Shown one piece after another: positions 20,726 to 30,387 of a stretch of DNA of 64,000 nucleotides (positions within the stretch are counted from its first letter, which is position 1; each line of letters opens with the position of its first letter). The DNA lies in the NCBI GenBank assembly GCA_963664115.2, contig CAXWPJ010000012.1, positions 64,001 to 128,000 of the forward strand, read 5' to 3'. A program made the position numbers and the translations under genes. The notes below the pieces were generated by a model that was given only the letters and a program-made list of their open reading frames with translations, was not told where the DNA came from and did no database searches. The DNA comes from Terriglobia bacterium (GTDB lineage: Bacteria > Acidobacteriota > Terriglobia > 20CM-2-55-15).

Positions 20726-21358
20726 ATGATCTCAGCGACAGAAGCACTCGAGCGCCTGAGGGACGGGAACCGCCGCTTCGTTTCTGATACGGGAAGGCCT
20801 CGCCCGCTGACGAATCATAGACGCCGCAGCGAATTGGTGCCGGGCCAGGAGCCTTTCGCGATCGTTCTTGGATGTTCCGACTCCCGAGTCCCTGCAGAGC
20901 TGGTTTTCGACCTGGGCCTTGGCGATATGTTCGTCATCCGGGTCGCCGGAAACATCGTTGCGCCTTCTCAGATTGGCAGTGTCGAGTTTGCGGCACACCG
21001 TTTCGGCACACGCCTCGTCGTGGTCTTGGGCCACTCCACATGTGGCGCCGTACTGGCCACCCTGGATGAACTCAGACGGCCGACCGAAAGCCGTCAGGGT
21101 AATATTAGATCGATCGTTGACCGCATTAAGCCATCAGTGGAAGGCTTACTCGAAACCGAAGGTGCCGACGATCCAAAGATTCTGGAAAAACACGCCGTCC
21201 GGGCCAACATCCGTGCTTCTGTCAATCAACTGCGGCACGGGTCCGAAATCCTGGAGCATTTGGTCCGAAACGATAGACTGCTCGTTGTCGGTGCTGAGTA
21301 TTCACTCGATACCGGAATCGTTGACTTCTTCGACGATGGCCCGGAGGCGGGCGGATAA
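20726..21358 (+). CDS. Beta-class carbonic anhydrase
   Basis: CSDSRVP, RVAGN, GHSTCGA. Confidence 0.93.
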   Translation: MISATEALERLRDGNRRFVSDTGRPRPLTNHRRRSELVPGQEPFAIVLGCSDSRVPAELVFDLGLGDMFVIRVAGNIVAPSQIGSVEFAAHRFGTRLVVVLGHSTCGAVLATLDELRRPTESRQGNIRSIVDRIKPSVEGLLETEGADDPKILEKHAVRANIRASVNQLRHGSEILEHLVRNDRLLVVGAEYSLDTGIVDFFDDGPEAGG

Positions 21359-21578
21359 GAATCTTGGCTTCTCGGCTAGCCAAGTCACCCTCCCTTCCGA
21401 AGGCTTCGCCCTCACACAACTCACCCAAACAGCCGGCATCCATGCGTCAGATACGCTGGCACACAACACCATCGACGGCTGAGCAGGTCAACGATGCTTC
21501 GGCTCCTTCCCGGTTTACATGCTTTCAACACAAGGCCCTGGAAGGTCGCCTTAAATTTTCCATGCTAAGTTAGGAGGG

Positions 21579-24500
21579 ATGTTCAAGCGACTACCAGACA
21601 AGCTGCAGCTTCCCAAACTGGAAGAAGAAGTCCTCGCTTACTGGGACGATCACCAGATCTTCGAGCGGACGCTCGACAGGCACGATGCCCCCCACTTCAC
21701 GTTTTACGAAGGCCCCCCGACCGCGAACGGCAAACCCGGAATCCACCACGTTTTTTCGCGGACGATCAAAGACCTCGTGTGTCGTTACAAGACCATGCGT
21801 GGATACCAGGTCCATCGGAAGGCAGGCTGGGACACCCATGGCCTCCCGGTCGAGATCGAAGTGGAACGCCGGCTTGGGATCAAACACAAAGAAGAAATCG
21901 AGGAATACGGCGTCGACCGTTTCAACCAGGAATGCCGAAAGAGCGTCCTTGAATACAAGGACATATGGGAAGAGCTCACGCGCAGAATGGGCTATTGGGT
22001 CGACATGGAACGGCCCTACATCACATGTGACAACGACTATATCGAATCGGTCTGGTGGGCACTGGACTCCTTCTTCAAGAAAGACCTGATCTACCAGGGT
22101 TTCAAGGTTCAACTGTATTGCCCACGCTGCGGCACTCCCCTCTCCTCGCACGAAGTTTCGCTCGGCTACCGGGACGTCGACGATCCATCCGTATACATCA
22201 AGGCACGGCTCAAAGACGAACAAGACACCTTCTTCCTGGTCTGGACAACAACACCATGGACGCTGGTTTCTAACGTCGCTCTGGCGGTTGGACCTGAAAT
22301 CGAATATGTCAAAGTCCGTGTCGCAGACGAATATCTGATCTTGGCAAAAGATCGGCTCTCCGTTCTCGGAGAAGACACCCAGGTTGTGGACTCGTTCAGT
22401 GGCAGCGCGTTGGCAGGAAAGGAATACGAACGCTGGTTCGATTTTTTTCCCGTTGAAGAAAAGGCCTGGTATGTCATCGAAGCCGAGTTTGTGACCACGA
22501 CCGATGGTTCGGGAATCGTCCATCTGGCACCGGCATATGGTGAAGACGACTATCAGGTGGCCAAGGATCATGGTTTGCCGATAATTCAGGCCGTCGGGCA
22601 AGAAGGCGAATTCAGCGCTCAGGCCGGTCCGTTCGCAGGGATGTTCTTCAAAGAGGCCGACCCCGAGATCACGCGTGACCTGAAACGCCGAGGGCTCTTG
22701 TACTCCAAAGAGACCTATCACCACAGTTACCCCCACTGCTGGCGCTGCGACACCCCGCTGATTTTTTACGCACGCAAATCCTGGTATATCCGTACAACGG
22801 ACTACGCAGAACAGATGATCGAACAGAACCGCACGATCAACTGGCATCCACCCGAAGTGGGAGCCGGTCGCTTTGGCAACTGGCTCGAAGAAAACAAGGA
22901 CTGGGCCATATCGCGCAACCGTTATTGGGGCACACCGATACCGATATGGGTTTGCAAGGACTGCGAAGCCCAACGTTCCATTGGAAGTATCGCCGAGCTA
23001 CGCGAGCAGGGCCATGGTGTGGCTGAACCTCTGGACCTACACAAACCGTTTATCGATGCGGTGACGCTGGATTGCACCTGCGGCGCTGTTATGCGAAGAA
23101 TCCCCGAAGTGGTGGACGTGTGGTTTGATTCCGGATCGATGCCCTTTGCCCAATGGCATTACCCCTTCGAAAACAAGGATATTTTCAAACACGCTTTTCC
23201 TGCGGATTTTATTGCGGAAGGGGTCGATCAGACGCGTGGGTGGTTCTACACGCTGCACGCGATAAGCTCCCAATTGTTCGGCCAACCCAGTTTTAAGAAC
23301 GTCATCGTCAACGACATGATTCTGGACCGCCACGGGCAGAAGATGTCTAAATCCCGCGGGAATACGGTCGCCCCCTTTGAAATCATCAATAAGTACGGCG
23401 CCGACGCCGTCCGGTGGTTTCTGATCTCGTCGAGTCCCCCGTGGAAACCCAAGATCTTCGATCCGGATGCGATCTCTGAAATCCAACGGAAGTTGTTGAA
23501 TACCCTTTTGAACACGTATTCGTTCTTTGCGCTTTACGCAAATATTGACGGTTTCGGCAAGGGGGAAAACGAAGAAGAACATGTCAGCTTAGAAGCCAGA
23601 CCTGACATTGATCGGTGGATCCTCTCCGTCCTGCACTCCACGGCAAGAGACTACACAGACGCCATGGACAGCTATGACCCGACCCGCGCCACACGTCTGG
23701 TGACGCACTTCGTTATCGAAGAATTGTCCAACTGGTACGTCCGCCGGAACCGAAGACGGTTCTGGAAAGGTGATTTGAGCACGGACAAGCTTGCTGCGTA
23801 TCAGACTCTGGCCGAATGCCTCCTGGGAGTCATCAAGATGATGGCACCAATTGCGCCGTTCGTTTCTGATGCACTGTACCGTCGCCTGGTCAAAGGACAG
23901 AGGCTCAAAGACCATCCATCGATCCACGTCGCAGCGATGATCGAACCACGGGAGGAACTCATCGATGCTGACCTCGAACGCCGGATGAAAATTGCACAGC
24001 AAGTTGTTTTTCTCGTGCGATCCATGCGGTCCCGCAGTGAACTGAAGGTGCGCCAGCCCCTGGCGCGGATAGCGATTCCGGTGTCCGGCTCATTGCGCAG
24101 TCTTGTCGGGCAGAGCCGCGACATCATATTGGAAGAAATCAACGTTAAGGAAATCGAATTTGTCGAAGAGAATTCGCCTCTCATCGAAAAAACGGCAAGG
24201 CCGAACTTCCGGCAGCTTGGACCGAAATTCGGAAAAACCGTAAATCAGGTTGCAGCTCGAATTCGCGAAATGACACAGCCCGAAATCGCCGAGTTCGAGC
24301 AAAACGGACGCTTTGAGACTTTGCTTGACGGCGCGCCTGTCGTTCTCGAATCCGGGGATCTCTCGACGTCCACAAAAGATATCGAGGGATGGATCGTCGA
24401 ATCCGCCGATGGCCTCACCGTGGCCCTGGACACTACATTGACGGACGATCTCGTCGATGAAGGTTTTGCACGCGAGTTCGTCAACCGCATTCAGAACATG

Positions 24501-24716
24501 CGAAAGGACGCAGGGTTTGAAGTCACCGACCGGATCCGCGTCGGATTCAAGGCAGCGGACCGTTTGAAGGATGCCATCCAGAATATGAGCGACTACGTGA
24601 AATTGGAAACCCTGGCTCTCGCAATCGAGCCCGCACCCCTTGAGAGCGCACACGTGTCCGAGCATGAAATCGATGGTCAGACCTGCGAGATTGCTATCGT
24701 CAGGGTGTCGACGTAG
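21579..24716 (+). CDS. ileS: Isoleucyl-tRNA synthetase, type 2
   Basis: EGPPTANGKPGIHH, GWDTHGLPVE, WTTTPWTL, DQTRGWF, KMSKS; long IleRS2-type C-terminus (EGFAREFVNRIQ). Confidence 0.96.
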   Translation: MFKRLPDKLQLPKLEEEVLAYWDDHQIFERTLDRHDAPHFTFYEGPPTANGKPGIHHVFSRTIKDLVCRYKTMRGYQVHRKAGWDTHGLPVEIEVERRLGIKHKEEIEEYGVDRFNQECRKSVLEYKDIWEELTRRMGYWVDMERPYITCDNDYIESVWWALDSFFKKDLIYQGFKVQLYCPRCGTPLSSHEVSLGYRDVDDPSVYIKARLKDEQDTFFLVWTTTPWTLVSNVALAVGPEIEYVKVRVADEYLILAKDRLSVLGEDTQVVDSFSGSALAGKEYERWFDFFPVEEKAWYVIEAEFVTTTDGSGIVHLAPAYGEDDYQVAKDHGLPIIQAVGQEGEFSAQAGPFAGMFFKEADPEITRDLKRRGLLYSKETYHHSYPHCWRCDTPLIFYARKSWYIRTTDYAEQMIEQNRTINWHPPEVGAGRFGNWLEENKDWAISRNRYWGTPIPIWVCKDCEAQRSIGSIAELREQGHGVAEPLDLHKPFIDAVTLDCTCGAVMRRIPEVVDVWFDSGSMPFAQWHYPFENKDIFKHAFPADFIAEGVDQTRGWFYTLHAISSQLFGQPSFKNVIVNDMILDRHGQKMSKSRGNTVAPFEIINKYGADAVRWFLISSSPPWKPKIFDPDAISEIQRKLLNTLLNTYSFFALYANIDGFGKGENEEEHVSLEARPDIDRWILSVLHSTARDYTDAMDSYDPTRATRLVTHFVIEELSNWYVRRNRRRFWKGDLSTDKLAAYQTLAECLLGVIKMMAPIAPFVSDALYRRLVKGQRLKDHPSIHVAAMIEPREELIDADLERRMKIAQQVVFLVRSMRSRSELKVRQPLARIAIPVSGSLRSLVGQSRDIILEEINVKEIEFVEENSPLIEKTARPNFRQLGPKFGKTVNQVAARIREMTQPEIAEFEQNGRFETLLDGAPVVLESGDLSTSTKDIEGWIVESADGLTVALDTTLTDDLVDEGFAREFVNRIQNMRKDAGFEVTDRIRVGFKAADRLKDAIQNMSDYVKLETLALAIEPAPLESAHVSEHEIDGQTCEIAIVRVST

Positions 24717-24772
24717 TCCGAACTTTCCGGTATCTTAAGAGCGCCGATCCTCTGGCAGAAATCGCTCCCTCA

Positions 24773-24845
24773 GCCTAGGTAGCTCAGTCGGTAGAGCGCT
24801 GCCCTGAAAAGGCAGGCGTCGGCGGTTCAATTCCGTCCCTAGGCA
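24773..24845 (+). tRNA. tRNA-Phe(GAA), CCA not encoded
   Basis: Acceptor stem GCCTAGG/CCTAGGC, D arm GCTC/GAGC, anticodon arm CTGCC-CTGAAAA-GGCAG, T loop TTCAATT. Confidence 0.95.
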
Positions 24846-24893
24846 TTCCGCCCCCCGGAAATAGCAGGAAGAATTAGTAAGAAAGGACTGATA

Positions 24894-25655
24894 GTGCCCA
24901 GCCAGGCTCCGAAATCAGAGTGGTGGGAAGCTTTTTTCGCCACCAACTGGCCCGAAATCCTGCCCTACATCAAACCCGCGGATGCCACGGCCGAGGAAGT
25001 GGAGTTTGTCCGCTCGGTGCTGGACCTTCCAACAGGAAGCCGTGTTCTTGACGTTCCCTGCGGTAACGGGCGACTGGGGATCCCTTTAGCTCTTTCAGGA
25101 TATGAAGTCACTGGAATCGATTATCAGGGAAGCCTCGTCGAGGATGCTGCTTCGCTAGCCCAGGGTAAGAGTGCCAACTTCACCGCACGTCAGGGTGACA
25201 TGCGGGACCTGCCCTGGTGGGACGAATTCGACGGCGCCATCTGTTTCTGGAGTAGTTTCGGATACTTCGATGGAGACGGTGACCGGGAGTTCGCCGACGC
25301 CGTATGGCACGCCTTGAAGCCCGGAGCACCCTTTCTACTGGAAACCCTGACCCTAGAAACCGTGCTTCTTCCCGGCTTCGCGGACAAAGATTGGTTCTCT
25401 TACGGCGAATGGCTTGTACTTGAAGAACGCTCCTTTGATACCGCCACCGGTCGGCTCGACTCCGTATGGACCTTTATCAAAGACGACGTTAAGGAAATAA
25501 AGAAAGCGTCGATCCGCTTATACACACACCGCGAACTCGTGGAACTGTTAAGTTCCTGCGGTTTCACTGATATTGTCGGACTCGATACCTTGACAGAAAA
25601 TCCGTTTTCCACCGATGCTTCCCGCTTGAGCCTGGTTTCAAAGAAGCAGTCATGA
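24894..25655 (+). CDS. Class I SAM-dependent methyltransferase
   Basis: VLDVPCGNGR, GDMRDL, SSFGYF. Confidence 0.88.
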   Translation: MPSQAPKSEWWEAFFATNWPEILPYIKPADATAEEVEFVRSVLDLPTGSRVLDVPCGNGRLGIPLALSGYEVTGIDYQGSLVEDAASLAQGKSANFTARQGDMRDLPWWDEFDGAICFWSSFGYFDGDGDREFADAVWHALKPGAPFLLETLTLETVLLPGFADKDWFSYGEWLVLEERSFDTATGRLDSVWTFIKDDVKEIKKASIRLYTHRELVELLSSCGFTDIVGLDTLTENPFSTDASRLSLVSKKQS

Positions 25656-26227
25656 AGATCCGCTGTGAATGGGTTGCGACTGACCCGTTGATGGTCGCAT
25701 ACCACGACAATGAATGGGGCGTCCCCCTTCACGACGACAGGGACCTCTTCGAGTTTCTTAACTTAGAAGGGGCTCAAGCCGGACTCAGCTGGTCCACCAT
25801 ACTCAAGAAGAGGCCGCACTATAGGAAAGCTTTCGACAACTTTGACGCAAAAAAGATGGCCCGATACACGGAGGCAAGAGTCCGGAAACTGCTCAATAAT
25901 CCGGGCATCGTCAGAAACCGGCTCAAAGTCGCCGCTGCCCGGACGAACGCATTGGCTTTTATAAAGGTCCAGGCCGCGTTTGGTTCCTTCGACAATTACA
26001 TCTGGCAGTTTACCAGCGGCAAACCCATCCAGAATCAGCAGAAAAGGCTATCTGAAATCCCGGCAAGGACTTCCATCTCCGATTTAATGTCTCGCGATCT
26101 CAAGAAGCGAGGCTTCAAGTTTGTCGGACCGACGATCTGTTACGCCTTTATGCAGGCGACCGGAATGGTCAACGATCACACGATAGACTGTTTCCGACAC
26201 CCTCAGATCGCCAAAATGGGCAATTAA
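25652..26227 (+). CDS. tag: DNA-3-methyladenine glycosylase I
   Basis: YHDNEWG, EGAQAGLSW, IVRNRLK, GMVNDH. Confidence 0.95.
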   Translation: MKIRCEWVATDPLMVAYHDNEWGVPLHDDRDLFEFLNLEGAQAGLSWSTILKKRPHYRKAFDNFDAKKMARYTEARVRKLLNNPGIVRNRLKVAAARTNALAFIKVQAAFGSFDNYIWQFTSGKPIQNQQKRLSEIPARTSISDLMSRDLKKRGFKFVGPTICYAFMQATGMVNDHTIDCFRHPQIAKMGN

Positions 26228-26258
26228 GGAACATAACGCTAAATCTCGCTTTCTGTTT

Positions 26259-26352
26259 TTTCAACACGAAGACACGAAGTTAACGAAGGTCGAATGTCCT
26301 AAGACAAAACGGTTTCGTGAACCTTCGTTGACTGCGTGTCTTCGTGTTGAAA
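26259..26352. repeat. Long palindromic element between convergent genes
   Basis: 32-bp arms (26259-26290 / 26321-26352) with 2 mismatches, built from ACGAAG units. Confidence 0.8.
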
Positions 26353-26386
26353 TTCGATCCCTGATGCCTGGCCGGACAGAGTTCGA

Positions 26387-27760
26387 TTAGTGGATCAATT
26401 CCGTCTCTGGAAACTGCGCGTACCAACCGAACCAGAACGCGCGGTTGGCCGTAAAACGGGCAAGTTCAAGTCCTGAGCTGTCTTCGGCGACCAGGGCGTC
26501 TTCTTCCAATCTCCAATTTCGACCGGTCTCGTCGACGATATCGATGGACTCGCTCTGGGGATCAAACCCGACACCTTCCGAGCGGTAAACGCGGTTCTCA
26601 CCACCTGGAGTAGTGATCACCACGAATGGGCGCCCAGCGACGTTAAAAGGATAGATCTGATTCGCTCGCAAAAACTGCTCGGCAATAGCTACGGGAATTC
26701 GATCTCCCGTCTCGGAGTCGACACGTAGTACGAGCACTTCATCCTTATTGTTCAACCGGTCATCCAGCCGCGGCACCTGAAACATCAGCGCATCCGTTGC
26801 GAAGTAGTCGCGATAGGCAACGCCTTCACCGTAATCGCGTTCATAACCGGTATCGATGGAAAGCACTCTTGTGTCGGGATGCCGCCGTCTCCAATCACCC
26901 CAGGTCGTCGTCACCGACGACCGTAGACTAAGACTCAGACCGCTGCCGGCCAGCTGACCGATTACAGGCCTCCCTTCCAGTGTCGACCAGAGGCTCATCG
27001 TTGTTTCATCGAAGAAGAGTTTGTTGGATCTATATAGCAGACCACTGGTACCAAATTTACGGAGTTCGCCGCCCACCTCGCTCTCGTAGGGCAAGACGGT
27101 TCCGCACAAAGTGCAATAGATGATCGTCAAATCGACGCCACCAATTTCATCCAGAGCCATCTCGTGCCAGGCGAAAATCCGTTTGGGATACGCGCGCGCT
27201 TCACCATTGATCGAGATACCGAATACGATGTTGCTGTCTTCGAGATAATCCGCTTCCACTGCCGATACATGAACGGGATGATCCAGTGGTGGTATGCCGT
27301 TCACCACCACACCGCCCCACTCCACTTCGTCAAGCCGGATATCTGAGCGGACACCGAGAGGGAAAAACTCTCGCATCCGGGGATCGATCTGGCCGTAGAT
27401 AAGGCCCTTGAAGATTCCGTAGTCCGGATGCAGGTCCGCGGGAAGATCCCACATCCAACTGCCCCAACGCACGAGATCCTGACCAAACTGCTGGCCTGTC
27501 TGGGTTTCCAGGAAGCCAATCAATCTCTGGCGAATGGGAGAACTGGGGGCGATCATTCGGGACATGTTGATGATGAAAGGGGTATAGCCGTCACGCCAAC
27601 TGGCCGCGATTTCATCCAACGCGGCTTCGGCAACAGCAGGATCAGAACGGGCCGCTTCAAAGAAGAGCAAGATATCGGGTACTTCGGTCTGGGCCGCGCT
27701 GACCCCACATGCGGTAACGAACGCTGCAATGATGAGAGACAGGATGAACCGTTGTTTCAT
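26387..27760 (-). CDS. DUF3179-like exported or lipoprotein
   Basis: GGVVVNGIPPLD, ARAYP, WHE, YCTLC, GTSGLLYRSN, FWFGW. Confidence 0.82.
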   Translation of the reverse strand: MKQRFILSLIIAAFVTACGVSAAQTEVPDILLFFEAARSDPAVAEAALDEIAASWRDGYTPFIINMSRMIAPSSPIRQRLIGFLETQTGQQFGQDLVRWGSWMWDLPADLHPDYGIFKGLIYGQIDPRMREFFPLGVRSDIRLDEVEWGGVVVNGIPPLDHPVHVSAVEADYLEDSNIVFGISINGEARAYPKRIFAWHEMALDEIGGVDLTIIYCTLCGTVLPYESEVGGELRKFGTSGLLYRSNKLFFDETTMSLWSTLEGRPVIGQLAGSGLSLSLRSSVTTTWGDWRRRHPDTRVLSIDTGYERDYGEGVAYRDYFATDALMFQVPRLDDRLNNKDEVLVLRVDSETGDRIPVAIAEQFLRANQIYPFNVAGRPFVVITTPGGENRVYRSEGVGFDPQSESIDIVDETGRNWRLEEDALVAEDSSGLELARFTANRAFWFGWYAQFPETELIH

Positions 27761-28002
27761 ATGAAATTCTCTTTATGCCATGAAACAGACCGGGCGTCTG
27801 TATTCTACCGTCCATTCAGCGAGACACCTATTCCCTGTTCCTATTCGGACCAGTCCGGAGTTGCCGCACCATTATTCAGAAATGCCCGGTGCGGTTGACT
27901 TGATCTCGGCTTCCTGCTACAAATTGCCCCTTCTTGCGCGCTAATCGAGTTGGATTCAAACAACTCGAAGGTGAATCACAAACGCAGCCCGTCGAAGCAT
28001 CG

Positions 28003-29328
28003 ATGTTTCCAACTCTCAGCCAGGACCAGTTGCGGCATTCATTGGGCCACCGTCTCCGCAAAGCTCGAGCCACAACAGATGCACTGTTTTCAATGCTGGC
28101 CCCGAAAGCCATCGCCGAACGTCCGATTGCTGAGCGGCATCGAATCATTTTCTATCTCGGCCATTTCGAAGCCTTCGATTGGAATCTTCTTGGCCGGTCG
28201 ACACTGGGGCTCGAACCTTTCAACGAGTCATTCGACGAGCTGTTCGCGTTCGGGATTGACCCGGTCGAGGGTGACCTCCCCAGCGACACACCGTCAGATT
28301 GGCCAGACGTTTCTGAAATCAGTACCTATAATCAACACGTCAGAACCGCAGTGGACGATATCCTCGAGACGGCTGACTTCGAGGCTTCCGAAGATCTCCA
28401 GAACGGACTCGCCTTTCAAGCTGCCGTAGAACACCGCCTGATGCACGCTGAAACTCTCACATACATGCTCCACAGGCTGTCTCTCGACCAAAAAACATCT
28501 CCAGTGTCCGAGCACGAAATCTCCGGGCCCGGACGGAACGTGAAAGGAAAAGTTGAAATTCCGGCGGGACGGGCCACGCTCGGACAGACAGGGGATCAGG
28601 GACGCTTCGGCTGGGACAATGAGTTTTCCGAAGTCATAAACCACGTGCCTCCATTCCTGATCGATATTTCGAACGTGACGAACGGACAGTTTCTGGAATT
28701 CGTTCGCAGTGGAGGATACGATGACCGGAATCTCTGGCACGATGCTGACTGGGCGTGGAAATCGCGAACAGGCGTCAGTCATCCATGCTTCTGGGAAACT
28801 GATGGCGAAGCATGGATGCAGCGGAACATGTTTGACGTCCAGCCTCTACCCTTGTCGTGGCCTGTCTACGTAAGCCACGCCGAAGCCACGGCGTATGCCC
28901 GTTGGAGGGGAGCCGCTCTGCCTACGGAGTCCCAGTTGCACCGGGCCGCGTACGGCACTCCGAACGGAGGAGAACGAGACTATCCCTGGGGCTCGGATGC
29001 TCCCTCTGTCGCGCGTGGCAATTTCGACTCTCACAGCTGGAATGCCGCACCGGTCGGGTCGTTTCCAGGTGGTGACAGTGCATTTGGTGTCGCCGACCTC
29101 ACCGGCAACGGATGGGAATGGACCTCGACGGTATTCGAACCGTTTGACGGCTTCGAACGCTTTCGCTTTTATCCCGGCTATTCCTCGAACTTCTTCGATG
29201 GCAATCACTATGTGATGAAAGGAGGCTCCTCCCGGACCTCGAAATGCATGCTCCGCCGCTCGTTTCGAAACTGGTTTCAGCCGCACTATACTCACATCTA
29301 CTCTACTTTTCGTTGCGTGGAAGCATGA
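28003..29328 (+). CDS. egtB: EgtB/OvoA/Egt1-superfamily non-heme iron sulfoxide synthase (DinB + FGE-sulfatase domains)
   Basis: FYLGH and EHRLMHAE metal ligands, FGWDNE, GNGWEWT, RRSFRNW; coupled to egtD. Confidence 0.8.
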   Translation: MFPTLSQDQLRHSLGHRLRKARATTDALFSMLAPKAIAERPIAERHRIIFYLGHFEAFDWNLLGRSTLGLEPFNESFDELFAFGIDPVEGDLPSDTPSDWPDVSEISTYNQHVRTAVDDILETADFEASEDLQNGLAFQAAVEHRLMHAETLTYMLHRLSLDQKTSPVSEHEISGPGRNVKGKVEIPAGRATLGQTGDQGRFGWDNEFSEVINHVPPFLIDISNVTNGQFLEFVRSGGYDDRNLWHDADWAWKSRTGVSHPCFWETDGEAWMQRNMFDVQPLPLSWPVYVSHAEATAYARWRGAALPTESQLHRAAYGTPNGGERDYPWGSDAPSVARGNFDSHSWNAAPVGSFPGGDSAFGVADLTGNGWEWTSTVFEPFDGFERFRFYPGYSSNFFDGNHYVMKGGSSRTSKCMLRRSFRNWFQPHYTHIYSTFRCVEA

Positions 29329-30305
29329 GCCAGCCACTAGCTGCCGCCCAGGATCCGGATCCACACATCAGTGAATTCATTGACGCCGTACAACGAGGGC
29401 TGGGGGACCGCTCGCAAAAGACTCTCGATTCCAAATACTTCTACGACGCGATCGGGTCCGCTCTCTTCGAAGTCATTACACGACTCCCTGAATATGGCGT
29501 GACACGTGCCGACGAGCGGCTTATAGAACGCCACGCCGGAGAACTGGGGAAGCAGATGGGAGGCAAGGTCGTGCTGGCGGAGCTGGGGAGTGGAAACGGA
29601 ATCAAGACCCATCGCATTATTTCTGCGCTGAAACTCGAAGGCGCACTGGTCTATATGCCGATCGACGTCTCCGCTTCGGCCCTCGCCCGATGTCAGCGGG
29701 AACTCGAAAACATCGATGGTGTCGATGTCCAACCCATTCAATCGTCGTACTTTGAAGGCCTGCAAGTGGCCATGGAACGTGCGCCGCGAGACAAACGCCT
29801 GCTGCTTCTGTTTTTGGGCGGAACCATCGGCAACTTCGACCGACCCGCCATACCCCGGTTTTTGAAGGAACTGCGCGCCACTATCCGCACCGGGGATGCC
29901 TTCCTGCTCGGAGCCGATCTGGAGAAACCGGCGTCGCAACTGCTGGCAGCCTACGACGACCCCCTCGGTGTGACAGCCGCCTTCAATCTGAACATTTTGG
30001 CCAGAATCAATCGGGAGCTCGACGGCAACTTTGATCTCGCTGAATTTGAACACGTCGCCCTTTACGACGAACACGAGCGACGGATCGAGATGCACCTCCG
30101 GGCCCGCTCCGACCAGGAAGTCCGGATAGCGGCTGCGGAACTCGACATCAAGATCAGGGGAGGAGAGACGATCTGGACGGAGAGCAGTCACAAGTTCGAC
30201 GTCGAAGAAATCGCTCGCTGGAGCGTGGACTGCGGCTTCCGCTGTGCTGCTCAGTGGGTCGACACAGAATGGCCGTTTGCCGAGACTCTGCTGATCGCCG
30301 ATTGA
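29325..30305 (+). CDS. egtD: L-histidine N-alpha-methyltransferase
   Basis: KYFYDAIGSALF, LPEY, ELGSG, AYDDPLGVTAAFNLN, IWTESSHKF. Confidence 0.93.
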   Translation: MSQPLAAAQDPDPHISEFIDAVQRGLGDRSQKTLDSKYFYDAIGSALFEVITRLPEYGVTRADERLIERHAGELGKQMGGKVVLAELGSGNGIKTHRIISALKLEGALVYMPIDVSASALARCQRELENIDGVDVQPIQSSYFEGLQVAMERAPRDKRLLLLFLGGTIGNFDRPAIPRFLKELRATIRTGDAFLLGADLEKPASQLLAAYDDPLGVTAAFNLNILARINRELDGNFDLAEFEHVALYDEHERRIEMHLRARSDQEVRIAAAELDIKIRGGETIWTESSHKFDVEEIARWSVDCGFRCAAQWVDTEWPFAETLLIAD

Positions 30306-30387
30306 TGCAGATGAAACTTAATAGTTAAAGGATACGAACTATGAGAGACGCGCCGCGATTCTCATATCCATCACCCGCAACTTCCCC

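Noticed and set aside
21359-21578. T-box leader upstream of ileS
   Set aside because: No T-box consensus or terminator/antiterminator found
24773-30305. Integrative island at tRNA-Phe
   Set aside because: No integrase and no duplicated tRNA 3' end seen in the window
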